Made by a program: the position numbers and the translations under genes. Below the pieces are notes generated by a model that saw nothing but the letters and a program-made list of their open reading frames with translations, was not told where the DNA came from and did not search any database. Shown in pieces: positions 36,339-45,515 of a stretch of DNA of 64,000 nt. How positions within the stretch are numbered: position 1 is the first letter of the stretch; every line of letters begins with the position of its first letter. The stretch is from sequence record NC_047880.1, one strand, 5' to 3'.

Positions 36339-36704
36339 ATGATTAAACAACTTCCGAACATCGTCAAAGGTATGAACTGTGACGATGCTGCCGATTACGT
36401 CGGACTTCACGAGTACAGCGCTACTGTCAAAGGTACGTGGCGTCTCATTCACGGTTTGAGTGCAAGCGGTGAACGGGTCGTTGTCCTGTCCGTACCTCAA
36501 GAACATCATGTGCTGCCTGACTATAAAGGCGTTCAGACTCTTATCCACTACGGCTTCAAAGAAGTGGACGCTCTGCTTGCGTTGTGTATTCATCGTAACG
36601 AGTATGCACAAATGAAGAAGAAAGACAGAGCTGCCAAACGTAAAGCAGCCGAAGTAAAACAACAACCGCGTCGCAGCGGTCCTGTATCTCTCGACGATCT
36701 TTAA
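36339..36704 (+). CDS. hypothetical protein
   Basis: ATG 36339 after AAGGA; CTGTAAATC at 36299. Confidence 0.65.
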   Translation: MIKQLPNIVKGMNCDDAADYVGLHEYSATVKGTWRLIHGLSASGERVVVLSVPQEHHVLPDYKGVQTLIHYGFKEVDALLALCIHRNEYAQMKKKDRAAKRKAAEVKQQPRRSGPVSLDDL

Positions 36705-36713
36705 GGAACAATC

Positions 36714-37430
36714 ATGACAACTAAACCTGAACTGAGTGAGTTCGCTAAAAGCGGCCGTATCGTTCGTCAATGTGAAATCCGTCTGGCTCTTGCTGATTGC
36801 TATCGGACTCTGCGTGATAACACATTCTTGCAGTCGATTGAATTGCCTGCTGATGAACGTAAAGCATTCAACATGTTCACGTCTACCATGGACGAAGGCG
36901 ATTGTGTACGCTTCCAGTCAATGGTATCAACGTGTGCATTCGCTCTCGATAAGTTTTGTAGCGGCGCACTGACTGATCTCTCTAAACTGATTGCGCTTCA
37001 TTATGATCGCAGCCGTGAAGAAGATAGCGTCCGCACTTCTATTCACCCGCATCAACAAGCTATCATGGATGATCTTGCACGTACTGAAGGTGCAACTATT
37101 CATGTGGCTTCTGTTGAGCCTGAAGAAGACATTCGCACATTCGTTGCTGCGTTGATCGAATACATCAAAGAGCATCTGGACGAAGAAGACCGCGAGCCGT
37201 GTGTAATCGAAATCTGCGAAGCGCTTGAAGGTGAAGAGTACGATATCTTCGCAGACAAGACCGAAGACGAGATGTTCGCGTTCTTGCGTGAAGCGATGTT
37301 TGCCACAGACATTCCTGTTGAAGATCTCAAAGAAGATGTTCTGAATGTTATTCAAGGAAACGGCTGGCCTCAAGTTGGTATCTTCGGGGCTGACGAGGCT
37401 GACGATGAAAACTACGCACTCGCTCCTTAA
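36714..37430 (+). CDS. hypothetical protein with acidic C-terminal half
   Basis: 238 aa, AAGGA RBS. Confidence 0.7.
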   Translation: MTTKPELSEFAKSGRIVRQCEIRLALADCYRTLRDNTFLQSIELPADERKAFNMFTSTMDEGDCVRFQSMVSTCAFALDKFCSGALTDLSKLIALHYDRSREEDSVRTSIHPHQQAIMDDLARTEGATIHVASVEPEEDIRTFVAALIEYIKEHLDEEDREPCVIEICEALEGEEYDIFADKTEDEMFAFLREAMFATDIPVEDLKEDVLNVIQGNGWPQVGIFGADEADDENYALAP

Positions 37431-37602
37431 TCGTTACTGGCGCGAACTGATCATTGTGATTGTGTTCGCTGCCGTTGCTACTGCTGTTATTTTCCTTGGA
37501 GTAGAAAGCCCGAAGGTTGTCGTGATAGTGGCAATCATCTGTGCTCTCTACTTCATTGCTGTTCAGGTCTGTAGACCATCTTATGGGGATAAGAAAGAAT
37601 GA
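37405..37602 (+). CDS. small membrane protein
   Basis: Two hydrophobic helices; ATG 37405 after GAGG. Confidence 0.5.
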   Translation: MKTTHSLLNRYWRELIIVIVFAAVATAVIFLGVESPKVVVIVAIICALYFIAVQVCRPSYGDKKE

Positions 37603-38159
37603 AAAAGAATGAAGTTAAACTGAGTGCGAAAGATATTGAAGCAGGCAAGAAGCAAATCTTAGACATGTGCCTGCATTACGGTATCACTGTTGAAGCTGGT
37701 GGCGTGGGTTATGAAACGCTGTACACCGATGACATGGATGAAACGCAAGGCGGCTGGTATTGTTCTTTCGATAAGAAGATGAAAGAGCGACTGCGTGAAG
37801 CGCGTGTTACTTCGTGGCAGAACATCGGCATGGTGTCTGATGATACCATCAACGGCTTACTCGTCAATCTGCGTGACTTAGGCACCAAGCTGCGCAATCG
37901 CCGCAAAGCAGATCCTCAGACTGGTCTGACTAAAGCTGAGACTCTGACTAAAATGAAAGTGGCCAACACAAAAGCTGCGATCAACAAGTTCCACAGCACG
38001 GGTGCTCTGACTGATGAAGAACTCAATCTTTGCATCAAGCACTATCAAACCTTAGAGCAAGCAATTCATGCAGACCAAACACTGCAACTTGCTTGGGCTT
38101 ATGTGTCGCAGAGTCTAAACACTCTCGTCCAGTTTAAAGAAGCACGTAAGCGCAAGTAA
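37599..38159 (+). CDS. hypothetical protein
   Basis: 186 aa, ATGA overlap. Confidence 0.7.
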   Translation: MKKNEVKLSAKDIEAGKKQILDMCLHYGITVEAGGVGYETLYTDDMDETQGGWYCSFDKKMKERLREARVTSWQNIGMVSDDTINGLLVNLRDLGTKLRNRRKADPQTGLTKAETLTKMKVANTKAAINKFHSTGALTDEELNLCIKHYQTLEQAIHADQTLQLAWAYVSQSLNTLVQFKEARKRK

Positions 38160-38161
38160 CA

Positions 38162-38194
38162 TAATGGGAGATCTCGACAAGAGGTTTCCCATTA
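38162..38194 (+). terminator. stem-loop, probable terminator
   Basis: TAATGGGAGATCTC-GACAA-GAGGTTTCCCATTA. Confidence 0.6.
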
Positions 38195-38215
38195 GTCATT
38201 TCTGGAGCAAATTTT

Positions 38216-39190
38216 ATGAAGTACGGATTCGCCTGCAAGCTGATTGATAACAAGGGCAAACAGCCTTTCCCTAATCGCAGTATCAGCTACAAACACTTCG
38301 CACCGTTAACTGACGAAGACCAGAGACTCAAACTGATTGAGATCGCTACGCACAACCTGACAATGTTGCTCGCTATGATTCACTATGTCGGACGTCTGCG
38401 TATGGACTTGCGTATGTTCCGCATAACAAGCGAACTGCTTCCTCTGTACACGCATCCGAAAGTCAGTGCATTGTATCAAGAGCCTCACATACGATCATTG
38501 ATTGAACCAATGCTTGCTGAGTGTGGTCGTGCTGCGCGTACACGTCAAGTTCGTTTGTCGTTTCACCCAGGCCAGTTCACCGTACTTGCATCTGACCGAC
38601 CAGAAGTTGTCGTGTCTGCAATTGAAGAACTTGAGTACCACGCGTACTGTGCATATCAGATGGGATACGGCAGAAAGTTCCAAGACTTCAAAATCAACAT
38701 TCATCTGAGTGGCCGACTCCGTGCAGAAGGTTTCCGTACTGCGTTCAAACTCCTGTCACCTCACTGTCGTCGCATGTTGACCGTTGAGAATGACGAGATC
38801 ACCAGCAGCATCGAAGACGTGTTAACTCTAGGTGACTTGTGTCCGATCGTCTTGGACGTGCATCATCATTGGGTAATGACTAACGAATACATTCTGCCTA
38901 CAGATGATCGCGTTAAGCGCGTGATAGACTCGTGGCGTGGCGTTCGACCTGTTGCACACTATTCAGTGTCTCGACCTGAGCATGTACCGTCACGTGGTAT
39001 GCCCGATCAGAACAAGCTGCAAGCTAACAGAATGCAGTTACGCGCACACGCTGAATACTATCACAATGAAGACGTAAACGACTGGGTCCGTACTTTCTCT
39101 GATTTCGACATAATGTGCGAGTCAAAAGCTAAAAATCTAGCTCGCTTAAAATTGGTGTATTTTGAGTCAACTCTGCATATAATAGGCTGA
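38216..39190 (+). CDS. uvsE: UV-damage endonuclease (UVDE)
   Basis: GFAC, FRITS, RLSFHPGQF, LTVENDE, VLDVHHH, AH, DIMCESKAK. Confidence 0.92.
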   Translation: MKYGFACKLIDNKGKQPFPNRSISYKHFAPLTDEDQRLKLIEIATHNLTMLLAMIHYVGRLRMDLRMFRITSELLPLYTHPKVSALYQEPHIRSLIEPMLAECGRAARTRQVRLSFHPGQFTVLASDRPEVVVSAIEELEYHAYCAYQMGYGRKFQDFKINIHLSGRLRAEGFRTAFKLLSPHCRRMLTVENDEITSSIEDVLTLGDLCPIVLDVHHHWVMTNEYILPTDDRVKRVIDSWRGVRPVAHYSVSRPEHVPSRGMPDQNKLQANRMQLRAHAEYYHNEDVNDWVRTFSDFDIMCESKAKNLARLKLVYFESTLHIIG

Positions 39191-39227
39191 AATACGGCTT
39201 GTGCTGTAGGTCGCACCGTGATAAACT
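39170..39227 (+). promoter_or_regulatory. sigma70-type early promoter with conserved upstream element
   Basis: ACTCTGCATATAATAGGCTGAAATAC; TTGTGC, 17 nt, TAAACT with TGn. Confidence 0.7.
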
Positions 39228-39281
39228 GTACATGAGCACTTTTGCTCGTTTAGCTTGTCTAAAAAGACATAAGGAAACGCT

Positions 39282-39575
39282 ATGTACACTAATCACATTA
39301 TCGCAAAGAAACCTGCTGCACCTCTGACGTATTCAGCAAGCAACACGTATGAACAACGCGACCGCATCTCCTGCATCTGGCCTGGCTGTCTCGATGTTCC
39401 TGCTGCAATTAAACGTTGGTGCCGTGCTCATGAGATTATGATCGATCTCGATTCCTATATGCGCGTTCGATTTCGAGGACGTCGTGCGGATATCCTGACA
39501 TTGATTGCAACTCACATTGCGCCTAACAATTCTGAACTGACCGCACGTATCGTCAGCACAATCACAGAGGCTTAA
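39282..39575 (+). CDS. hypothetical protein
   Basis: 97 aa, AAGGA RBS. Confidence 0.65.
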   Translation: MYTNHIIAKKPAAPLTYSASNTYEQRDRISCIWPGCLDVPAAIKRWCRAHEIMIDLDSYMRVRFRGRRADILTLIATHIAPNNSELTARIVSTITEA

Positions 39576-39576
39576 A

Positions 39577-39840
39577 ATGAAAATCGAAAGAATGGAAGCT
39601 ACCTATGAGTTGCGTGATACGAAAGCGGCTTTAGTTGAGAAGAGGGGCTTTCGTACCGTTGAGTCGAAGTATGTTGACGGTACGGAGGTTAGATTACAAC
39701 GGAGAGACCACGAGGTTCTCGAACGTATCGTTGTAGGCTACGACAGATTTGGTCGTGCCGTGTACGGGTCACTCGTACCACAACGTTCGTTCGAAGTGCG
39801 TGACAGCAAGGACGGCGTACCTCAAGTGCCAGCTCCCTAG
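39577..39840 (+). CDS. hypothetical protein
   Basis: 87 aa, GAGG RBS. Confidence 0.6.
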   Translation: MKIERMEATYELRDTKAALVEKRGFRTVESKYVDGTEVRLQRRDHEVLERIVVGYDRFGRAVYGSLVPQRSFEVRDSKDGVPQVPAP

Positions 39841-39917
39841 CAAGCTCACAACAAGAAGCCATAGAATATACAAACTCAAAAATAATTCTGTGCTTAAACC
39901 TAGTGGGGTGTCACAAA

Positions 39918-40295
39918 ATGATCGTCATCTGTAATTCTTCAAAAGACTTTTCTTTTGAACGGTTGTCACACGGGGACGCATTTGTTTTTGGAAAGACACG
40001 CATGTTACTACGTGCGGACTTTATCGTCCTGACCGACAAGAACAATGCTTTCTATGTTATACGCAAATCTGATGTTGTTTGGTCGCCGGAACTTACTGGT
40101 GCAACGCAAATGGTGAAAGTCCGGGCGTTTGCCCAGATTAAACCGTTCGAACTAAACACTGCATGTCCGCAATTCAACAGCCGCGTATACGGAACAGTAG
40201 CTTTTCGCAACACGCACTTTGAGTATCGGTTAAATCACCTACAATATAAACCAACACAGTTCGGAGGTTTACATGGCACGGTATCATGTGTTTAG
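39918..40295 (+). CDS. hypothetical protein
   Basis: ATG 39918 after GGGG. Confidence 0.55.
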   Translation: MIVICNSSKDFSFERLSHGDAFVFGKTRMLLRADFIVLTDKNNAFYVIRKSDVVWSPELTGATQMVKVRAFAQIKPFELNTACPQFNSRVYGTVAFRNTHFEYRLNHLQYKPTQFGGLHGTVSCV

Positions 40296-40521
40296 CGCTA
40301 CCCATCAGTATTACGGCGAAGCTTACGCTGGGACATATCTTAAAGATATCGACATGGGCGTAACGCTGAACCAAGCGGAGTTCAAGGACTTCGCCTCAGC
40401 CAAAACTTGTGCAGACAAACTGCATGAGGTTTGCGATATAGGCTGGATTGTCTACAACGCATTTTCTGAAATGCCGATGTACGACACTCGGACGTCTACT
40501 GACGAGTCTGTAAATACATAA
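40273..40521 (+). CDS. hypothetical protein
   Basis: 82 aa, GGAGG RBS. Confidence 0.65.
   Translation: MARYHVFSATHQYYGEAYAGTYLKDIDMGVTLNQAEFKDFASAKTCADKLHEVCDIGWIVYNAFSEMPMYDTRTSTDESVNT
40508..40516 (+). promoter_or_regulatory. CTGTAAATA motif
   Basis: Exact motif upstream of exported-protein gene. Confidence 0.45.
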
Positions 40522-40591
40522 CAGGCCCGCCTACATCTTCCAGTGTGATGCTTACGGGCTTCACGCAAATTCACTTAAATGAGGTTTTACT

Positions 40592-41101
40592 ATGAAACGT
40601 TTTATCACTGCTATCGCTTTTGTTGTTGCTTCTTCTAACGCATTCGCTTCTACCCAGTACGTTGCGCCAACAATTAGCGGACTGAACCCAAGCACTGACC
40701 TGACTATCACTCATGCACTTGATAGTTCTTGCAGTACAAAGATGGCGACTGCTATCGATCTGCGTGGTGGCCTTGTTGATTTTGCTGTCAACAAGAACAC
40801 AATAGACACTAAACCTCTGTGGCCTCTGCTGTGTAGTCCGACAGTTGAAGCCACGAAAGTGGATGTGGAACGTGCGGGGCAAGACATTACTCTGACCTAT
40901 ACCAACCGCGATAAATCAATGCCTAAGCTGATTATCGTTATGCAGCGCGTCGAATCTGAGAACGACGATGATGCGCCAACGTATCAGATCGTCCGCGTAG
41001 GCGATATGAATGCTATGGGCTATGAAGAACAGGCGGCACTGCAAGACTGGCTGCTTGATTGCTACGCTGCAACTAATCAAGATTCGTTGGCGCTGAACTA
41101 A
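40592..41101 (+). CDS. exported protein with Sec signal peptide
   Basis: MKRFITAIAFVVASSNAFA-S (basic N, hydrophobic core, AxA site). Confidence 0.7.
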   Translation: MKRFITAIAFVVASSNAFASTQYVAPTISGLNPSTDLTITHALDSSCSTKMATAIDLRGGLVDFAVNKNTIDTKPLWPLLCSPTVEATKVDVERAGQDITLTYTNRDKSMPKLIIVMQRVESENDDDAPTYQIVRVGDMNAMGYEEQAALQDWLLDCYAATNQDSLALN

Positions 41102-41403
41102 TGGCTAAAACGAAAACCATGCTGACGTATTCTAATCAGTTGCAGAAAGATATCTCAAAGCCCGAAGACTGGCAGTTGTTCAAGGACATGCTACTTAATC
41201 TTCGGCTTGCTGTACTGACTGAGCCTAAGCCTCATGCTAAAGTGCGTGAACTATGTCGCACTTGGTATAGTGGCGGGAAATATCGAAGCCCGATTTGTGA
41301 TTCAACCCTTATTCGTTTGTCTTCAACAAAGAAAGCGCATACGCTGTTAGACGAACTGATTGAACTTTATGTTGATATTGAGGAAAAGAATGATGACCAG
41401 TAA
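41101..41403 (+). CDS. hypothetical protein
   Basis: 100 aa, TAATG overlap. Confidence 0.6.
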   Translation: MAKTKTMLTYSNQLQKDISKPEDWQLFKDMLLNLRLAVLTEPKPHAKVRELCRTWYSGGKYRSPICDSTLIRLSSTKKAHTLLDELIELYVDIEEKNDDQ

Positions 41404-42460
41404 ACCTGTTATGAGTGCAACCCAAATTGAAAACCGTCGCGTGACTGGTGTGCGCAACAAAGTTACTGCTGCCTTGCAAGGTGGTTTCGATGCAATGCGT
41501 GTGCCGCGTCCTGATCAAAGCCATGTGCGTGATGCTTTCCGCTTCATTGCTAATCAGGTTCTTCACGCAGGCGCACAGTTCAAGTATGAAGACACTAAGC
41601 CAAGTCATGCAGCCGCGTACGATATTATTCGTCAGTACGAAATCAAACTCACTGGACCTCAAGCGCGAATCGCTCGCCCTGATGTTATTGTTGATTTTGA
41701 AGATCTGCTGCGTCCGAACTTACAGGCAGTCTGGCCGAGCGTTCTGCGCAATCTAACGATCACAAACTCGTTGCTTCGCAATCCAGATTCGAACGTATTC
41801 TCTCCTGACCCTGATGCGAATACACAAAACCTGATGAACTCGCTTGCGTTCTGGTTCACTGAACTTGGCTTGAAAAATATGCTTATCGATCCATCAATCG
41901 TTGAGCACACCAACTTAGTATCGATCAACGTTGTCACTGCGGCATCGCACTATGATCTGTCTGCGTGTGATTGGGAGTATCGCAACCGTCTCTACGGCCG
42001 CTCGTATGAACCTGATACACAAGAAGTCCCAGACTGGAAAAAGCCAGCACCTTCGAACTGCACCTGCAACACAAGTTCTTATGACGACGATTGCCCTGCT
42101 CACGATACAGGCGATGATATTGACGATGAAGTTCCTGCTTTCTATACAGACCGCTACATCGTCGAATTCGAACACAGCCTGCGTGACGTTGATTTCAACG
42201 CTGAAAGGCCTGCACCAGTTGCCTTAGATTCCGTACAACAAAAACAGCGCTTCAAGAAAGCAAAGTCTAAAACACCTCGTGGCGGCACGTTCGATTTCAT
42301 GCCTCAATGGTATGTGCTCGATGAACGTGAAGCGAAAGGCGTATACTTCGCTGTCGTGCTTATGTCTCGTTCTACAGTCGGTATCCCAGTTGTTACTGCG
42401 ACAACCCGCGAAGCTCTCGCAATCGCAGAAGTCCTGCACTCGTTCGAATTCGACAAATAG
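41390..42460 (+). CDS. hypothetical protein
   Basis: ATG 41390 after GAGG; about 356 aa. Confidence 0.7.
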   Translation: MMTSKPVMSATQIENRRVTGVRNKVTAALQGGFDAMRVPRPDQSHVRDAFRFIANQVLHAGAQFKYEDTKPSHAAAYDIIRQYEIKLTGPQARIARPDVIVDFEDLLRPNLQAVWPSVLRNLTITNSLLRNPDSNVFSPDPDANTQNLMNSLAFWFTELGLKNMLIDPSIVEHTNLVSINVVTAASHYDLSACDWEYRNRLYGRSYEPDTQEVPDWKKPAPSNCTCNTSSYDDDCPAHDTGDDIDDEVPAFYTDRYIVEFEHSLRDVDFNAERPAPVALDSVQQKQRFKKAKSKTPRGGTFDFMPQWYVLDEREAKGVYFAVVLMSRSTVGIPVVTATTREALAIAEVLHSFEFDK

Positions 42461-42467
42461 AAGGTAG

Positions 42468-42505
42468 AAACAGCGCTCGAAATGAACGCACTTCTATGAT
42501 ATAAT
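42468..42505 (+). promoter_or_regulatory. sigma70-type early promoter
   Basis: AAACAG, 26 nt, TG-a-TATAAT. Confidence 0.6.
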
Positions 42506-42571
42506 CATAGCTAGAGCATATCGCTCTCACGTAACCTTTAAACATACGTTAATCAGTAACGGGAATATATA

Positions 42572-42874
42572 ATGGCTCGCACACTCTCACGCAAGAAAGC
42601 ACTCGCCCTCATGTCTGACGCTTACAACTCAAAACACGAACAATACCTTCCACGACTTATGGCGGAAGATATGGAATCGAAACACCTCTTCGAATTCCGT
42701 GAGCAAGTTGTCGCTAAGATTCAGGCGGGCGAGAATCCCTCTAAAGTTGTCGATGATATGATCGATACCGCGATTCGCGTTACTCTGGTCCGTCGTCGCA
42801 CGAGCAATGACTATAATCCAAAACTTTCTGATGTGCTCACTGACGAACTGCGTGATGCACTGCGTAACTTATAA
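42572..42874 (+). CDS. hypothetical protein
   Basis: 100 aa after promoter. Confidence 0.65.
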   Translation: MARTLSRKKALALMSDAYNSKHEQYLPRLMAEDMESKHLFEFREQVVAKIQAGENPSKVVDDMIDTAIRVTLVRRRTSNDYNPKLSDVLTDELRDALRNL

Positions 42875-42882
42875 GGTATAAA

Positions 42883-43443
42883 ATGAAAAGCTACGGTTAC
42901 TTTTTGGTTCTTAACCACATCGCACTCGCGGTTGACAATCCCAGCAAGGAGGCTGGGTTCAAGTCTCTTATCGAACTTGATATGTTCAATCGTGCTTCCT
43001 CAATCGTTCTGCCTGATGCTGAGCCGAAAGGTTTCAAGCTCGCAAAAGATTTGACGGAAGCTATCTATCCTGCGTCTGCTGACGTTCAACCAACAATCGG
43101 CCAACGCATGATGATGGTGCAAGCCCTTCATGACCAAGAAGTAGCCGCACTGTTAGGCGATACAACGATCTTTGTCGCTCATTCATTCACTAATGATGAA
43201 TTGATGACACGCTTTGGTTTCTTCTACGACGGTACAGACACTGCGCTGTTCATGCCGTACTACTTGCGCAAACACATCATGGCAGATCAAGCGGTCTTCT
43301 GTGAAGGTAAGCTGACGAGTTTTGATTATGCCTGCTCAAACGGTGCAATCACACCTCATGTCCATTCTTACGGTTTGCTGACTGCGCAAGCTTATGGTCA
43401 CGATACAATGCCAGCTAAGTACCGTCACAATTTTCTTCTCTGA
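42883..43443 (+). CDS. hypothetical protein
   Basis: 186 aa, AAGG RBS. Confidence 0.65.
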   Translation: MKSYGYFLVLNHIALAVDNPSKEAGFKSLIELDMFNRASSIVLPDAEPKGFKLAKDLTEAIYPASADVQPTIGQRMMMVQALHDQEVAALLGDTTIFVAHSFTNDELMTRFGFFYDGTDTALFMPYYLRKHIMADQAVFCEGKLTSFDYACSNGAITPHVHSYGLLTAQAYGHDTMPAKYRHNFLL

Positions 43444-43457
43444 CGGAGGCCGCACTC

Positions 43458-43904
43458 ATGGGTGTAGTCAAAGGTATCACATCGACTGAGTTTCCAGCTC
43501 GCGACCGCGACGAGTATTCGCAAGTCATTATTCAAATGTCTGACGGTACATTCAGCGCAACGCTAATGCGACGAGATCGTACGGAGCCGCTGAATACAAT
43601 CTGGCGTATCGACGGCGACTGTCTGCCTGAAGAATTCTTTCAAGGCACTCGCCCTATGTATGTGTCTGCATCGTATCTGCAAGACAACGGCAAGAGCTTG
43701 TTAGTTGCAGCAGGTCCGAATGAAGGTCTGTTCTGCGAAGTCTGTTTTGATTTTGATTTGAAGTCAAAAGTTGACGGCGTTGTTCTTACACACCGTGCTA
43801 ACCAAACAATCATTCAGATTCTGAGCGGACCTCATGAGGGTCGTATCGTCAGTTCTGCTGAGTGTCAGTATTCAATCCTCCCGTATAAAGGAGTTAAGCT
43901 GTGA
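43458..43904 (+). CDS. hypothetical protein
   Basis: 148 aa, GGAGG RBS. Confidence 0.65.
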   Translation: MGVVKGITSTEFPARDRDEYSQVIIQMSDGTFSATLMRRDRTEPLNTIWRIDGDCLPEEFFQGTRPMYVSASYLQDNGKSLLVAAGPNEGLFCEVCFDFDLKSKVDGVVLTHRANQTIIQILSGPHEGRIVSSAECQYSILPYKGVKL

Positions 43905-44083
43905 TCAAGTTTAAAGTTCTCGTAATCTCTACCGTTGTCCGTGGCTGTGAGTCTGGCGCAGGTGTCAGTCAGACCGTGCTAGACTTCGACACAAAAGAAG
44001 AGGCTGATACTGCCGCAGATCGAATCAACGGCACAAAGCCAGTAGAGTATTACTTAAAGAATCAGGCTATCCCACTCTACTGA
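43901..44083 (+). CDS. hypothetical protein
   Basis: 60 aa, GTGA overlap, AAGGAG RBS. Confidence 0.55.
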   Translation: MIKFKVLVISTVVRGCESGAGVSQTVLDFDTKEEADTAADRINGTKPVEYYLKNQAIPLY

Positions 44084-44096
44084 TTTAGGTGACGCT

Positions 44097-44360
44097 ATGA
44101 GCAAAGGTAATTTCATGAAGCGCCTTGAAGCGGGCGAGACGTTCTACATGTACGTGTCTGGAAAAGACTGCACTCCAATCGCTCTTGGTCACGATGCTAA
44201 TATTACGGACTTGCGTGTTGCTATAGGCGGACTTGCGTTTGCTCACAACCTCAAGAAAGTAAAAGTATCTTTTAGTCGCAACATCATGGCAGACCCTGAT
44301 GGTGTTGTGTATTTCGATATCGTTCAAACAATCACTGTTAAAAAAGAAAAGGTGTACTAA
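44097..44360 (+). CDS. hypothetical protein
   Basis: 87 aa, AGGTG RBS. Confidence 0.6.
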   Translation: MSKGNFMKRLEAGETFYMYVSGKDCTPIALGHDANITDLRVAIGGLAFAHNLKKVKVSFSRNIMADPDGVVYFDIVQTITVKKEKVY

Positions 44361-44896
44361 TGCAATTTCTCGTTAAGCCAGACCTGAATCGTTACCCAGA
44401 TTTCATCGTACCAAAGCGTGGCTCTGCGCAAGCTGCTGGTATTGATCTGTTCGCTCAACAGGATATGATCATTACTGCTGATACTGAGCTGTTCGACCTG
44501 GGTTTTCAAGCTGCTGTGCCTGATGGTTACGTTGCTATTATTTTCCCTCGTAGCGGTCTTGGCGCTAAGTTCAATGTGCAACTGTCGAACACTACTGGCG
44601 TTATTGATAGTGACTATCGTGGCGAGTGGAAAGCTGCTATTCATCTCGGCGGTAAAGGTACGCAAGTCGATCAACTTGATTGGCTGAGCGCTGCGTATCT
44701 GCAATCGGACATGGACGAATTCCCTGACCTCGACGATGACGAAGATCAGAAAGCATTGCTGATCAAACGCGGCGAAGCTTACGCACAGGTACTCTTCTTT
44801 GAAGTGCCTCTGATGGAAGTTGCGCTGGCCGAAGAACTGCCTGATACAGAACGCGGTGATGGTGGCTTCGGTTCTACAACTGCACCACGTGTCTAA
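44360..44896 (+). CDS. dut: trimeric dUTPase with acidic insertion
   Basis: AAGIDL, PRSGLG, GVIDSDYRGE, GEAYAQ, RGDGGFGST (motifs I-V). Confidence 0.93.
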   Translation: MQFLVKPDLNRYPDFIVPKRGSAQAAGIDLFAQQDMIITADTELFDLGFQAAVPDGYVAIIFPRSGLGAKFNVQLSNTTGVIDSDYRGEWKAAIHLGGKGTQVDQLDWLSAAYLQSDMDEFPDLDDDEDQKALLIKRGEAYAQVLFFEVPLMEVALAEELPDTERGDGGFGSTTAPRV

Positions 44897-45113
44897 TTGG
44901 CCAGCGATAGCCATCGCGTATTATCTCGTTGGTTGTGTTATGGCTTATCGTGATTTCAAAGTGGCTAGTGCGGAAGTCAAGAAAGATTCTTACAAGACAA
45001 CCATTCTTGGCAAAATGCCTCGATATAAAATTGTTTTGTTAGCTCTGATGATTTCCGCCATCGTGGTGTTCATTGATATCCCCACGTGGCCATTTAGGAA
45101 GAAACGTTCTTAA
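44889..45113 (+). CDS. small two-helix membrane protein (holin-like candidate)
   Basis: GTG 44889; two hydrophobic segments, basic C-terminus RKKRS. Confidence 0.45.
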   Translation: MSNWPAIAIAYYLVGCVMAYRDFKVASAEVKKDSYKTTILGKMPRYKIVLLALMISAIVVFIDIPTWPFRKKRS

Positions 45114-45161
45114 ACACGAAGGGTCCTTCACTGGGCCCTCATTTATCGTAATATAAACACT

Positions 45162-45476
45162 ATGAGAAAGAAAACTTGCTTGCTGCCACGAGAGCGTAAA
45201 AGCCCGCTAAAGAACATGCGCGCCTATCTCGCATTTCTCGCCCGGAAACCCAATGATAATCGCAGAGTATTAGAAGCGTATTGCAATGCAGCGTTAGCTC
45301 AAATGCGCCGTGACAGATTCTTTGTTGGCAGGCTCTTTGCTCATAAAGTGTATACGAAGTCGAACAAGGTCGCATACACAGTTGTCTGGATTGACCCATA
45401 CAACTACGACTGTCTTGTTCTCAATCACAGAGAGAGGAAAGTAGAATTTAAAAATCTATATGGCCTGATTCTTTGA
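45162..45476 (+). CDS. basic hypothetical protein
   Basis: 104 aa. Confidence 0.55.
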   Translation: MRKKTCLLPRERKSPLKNMRAYLAFLARKPNDNRRVLEAYCNAALAQMRRDRFFVGRLFAHKVYTKSNKVAYTVVWIDPYNYDCLVLNHRERKVEFKNLYGLIL

Positions 45477-45515
45477 TTAGGTCCTAGCGCCTACACACTA
45501 GGAGATATTCCAAAA

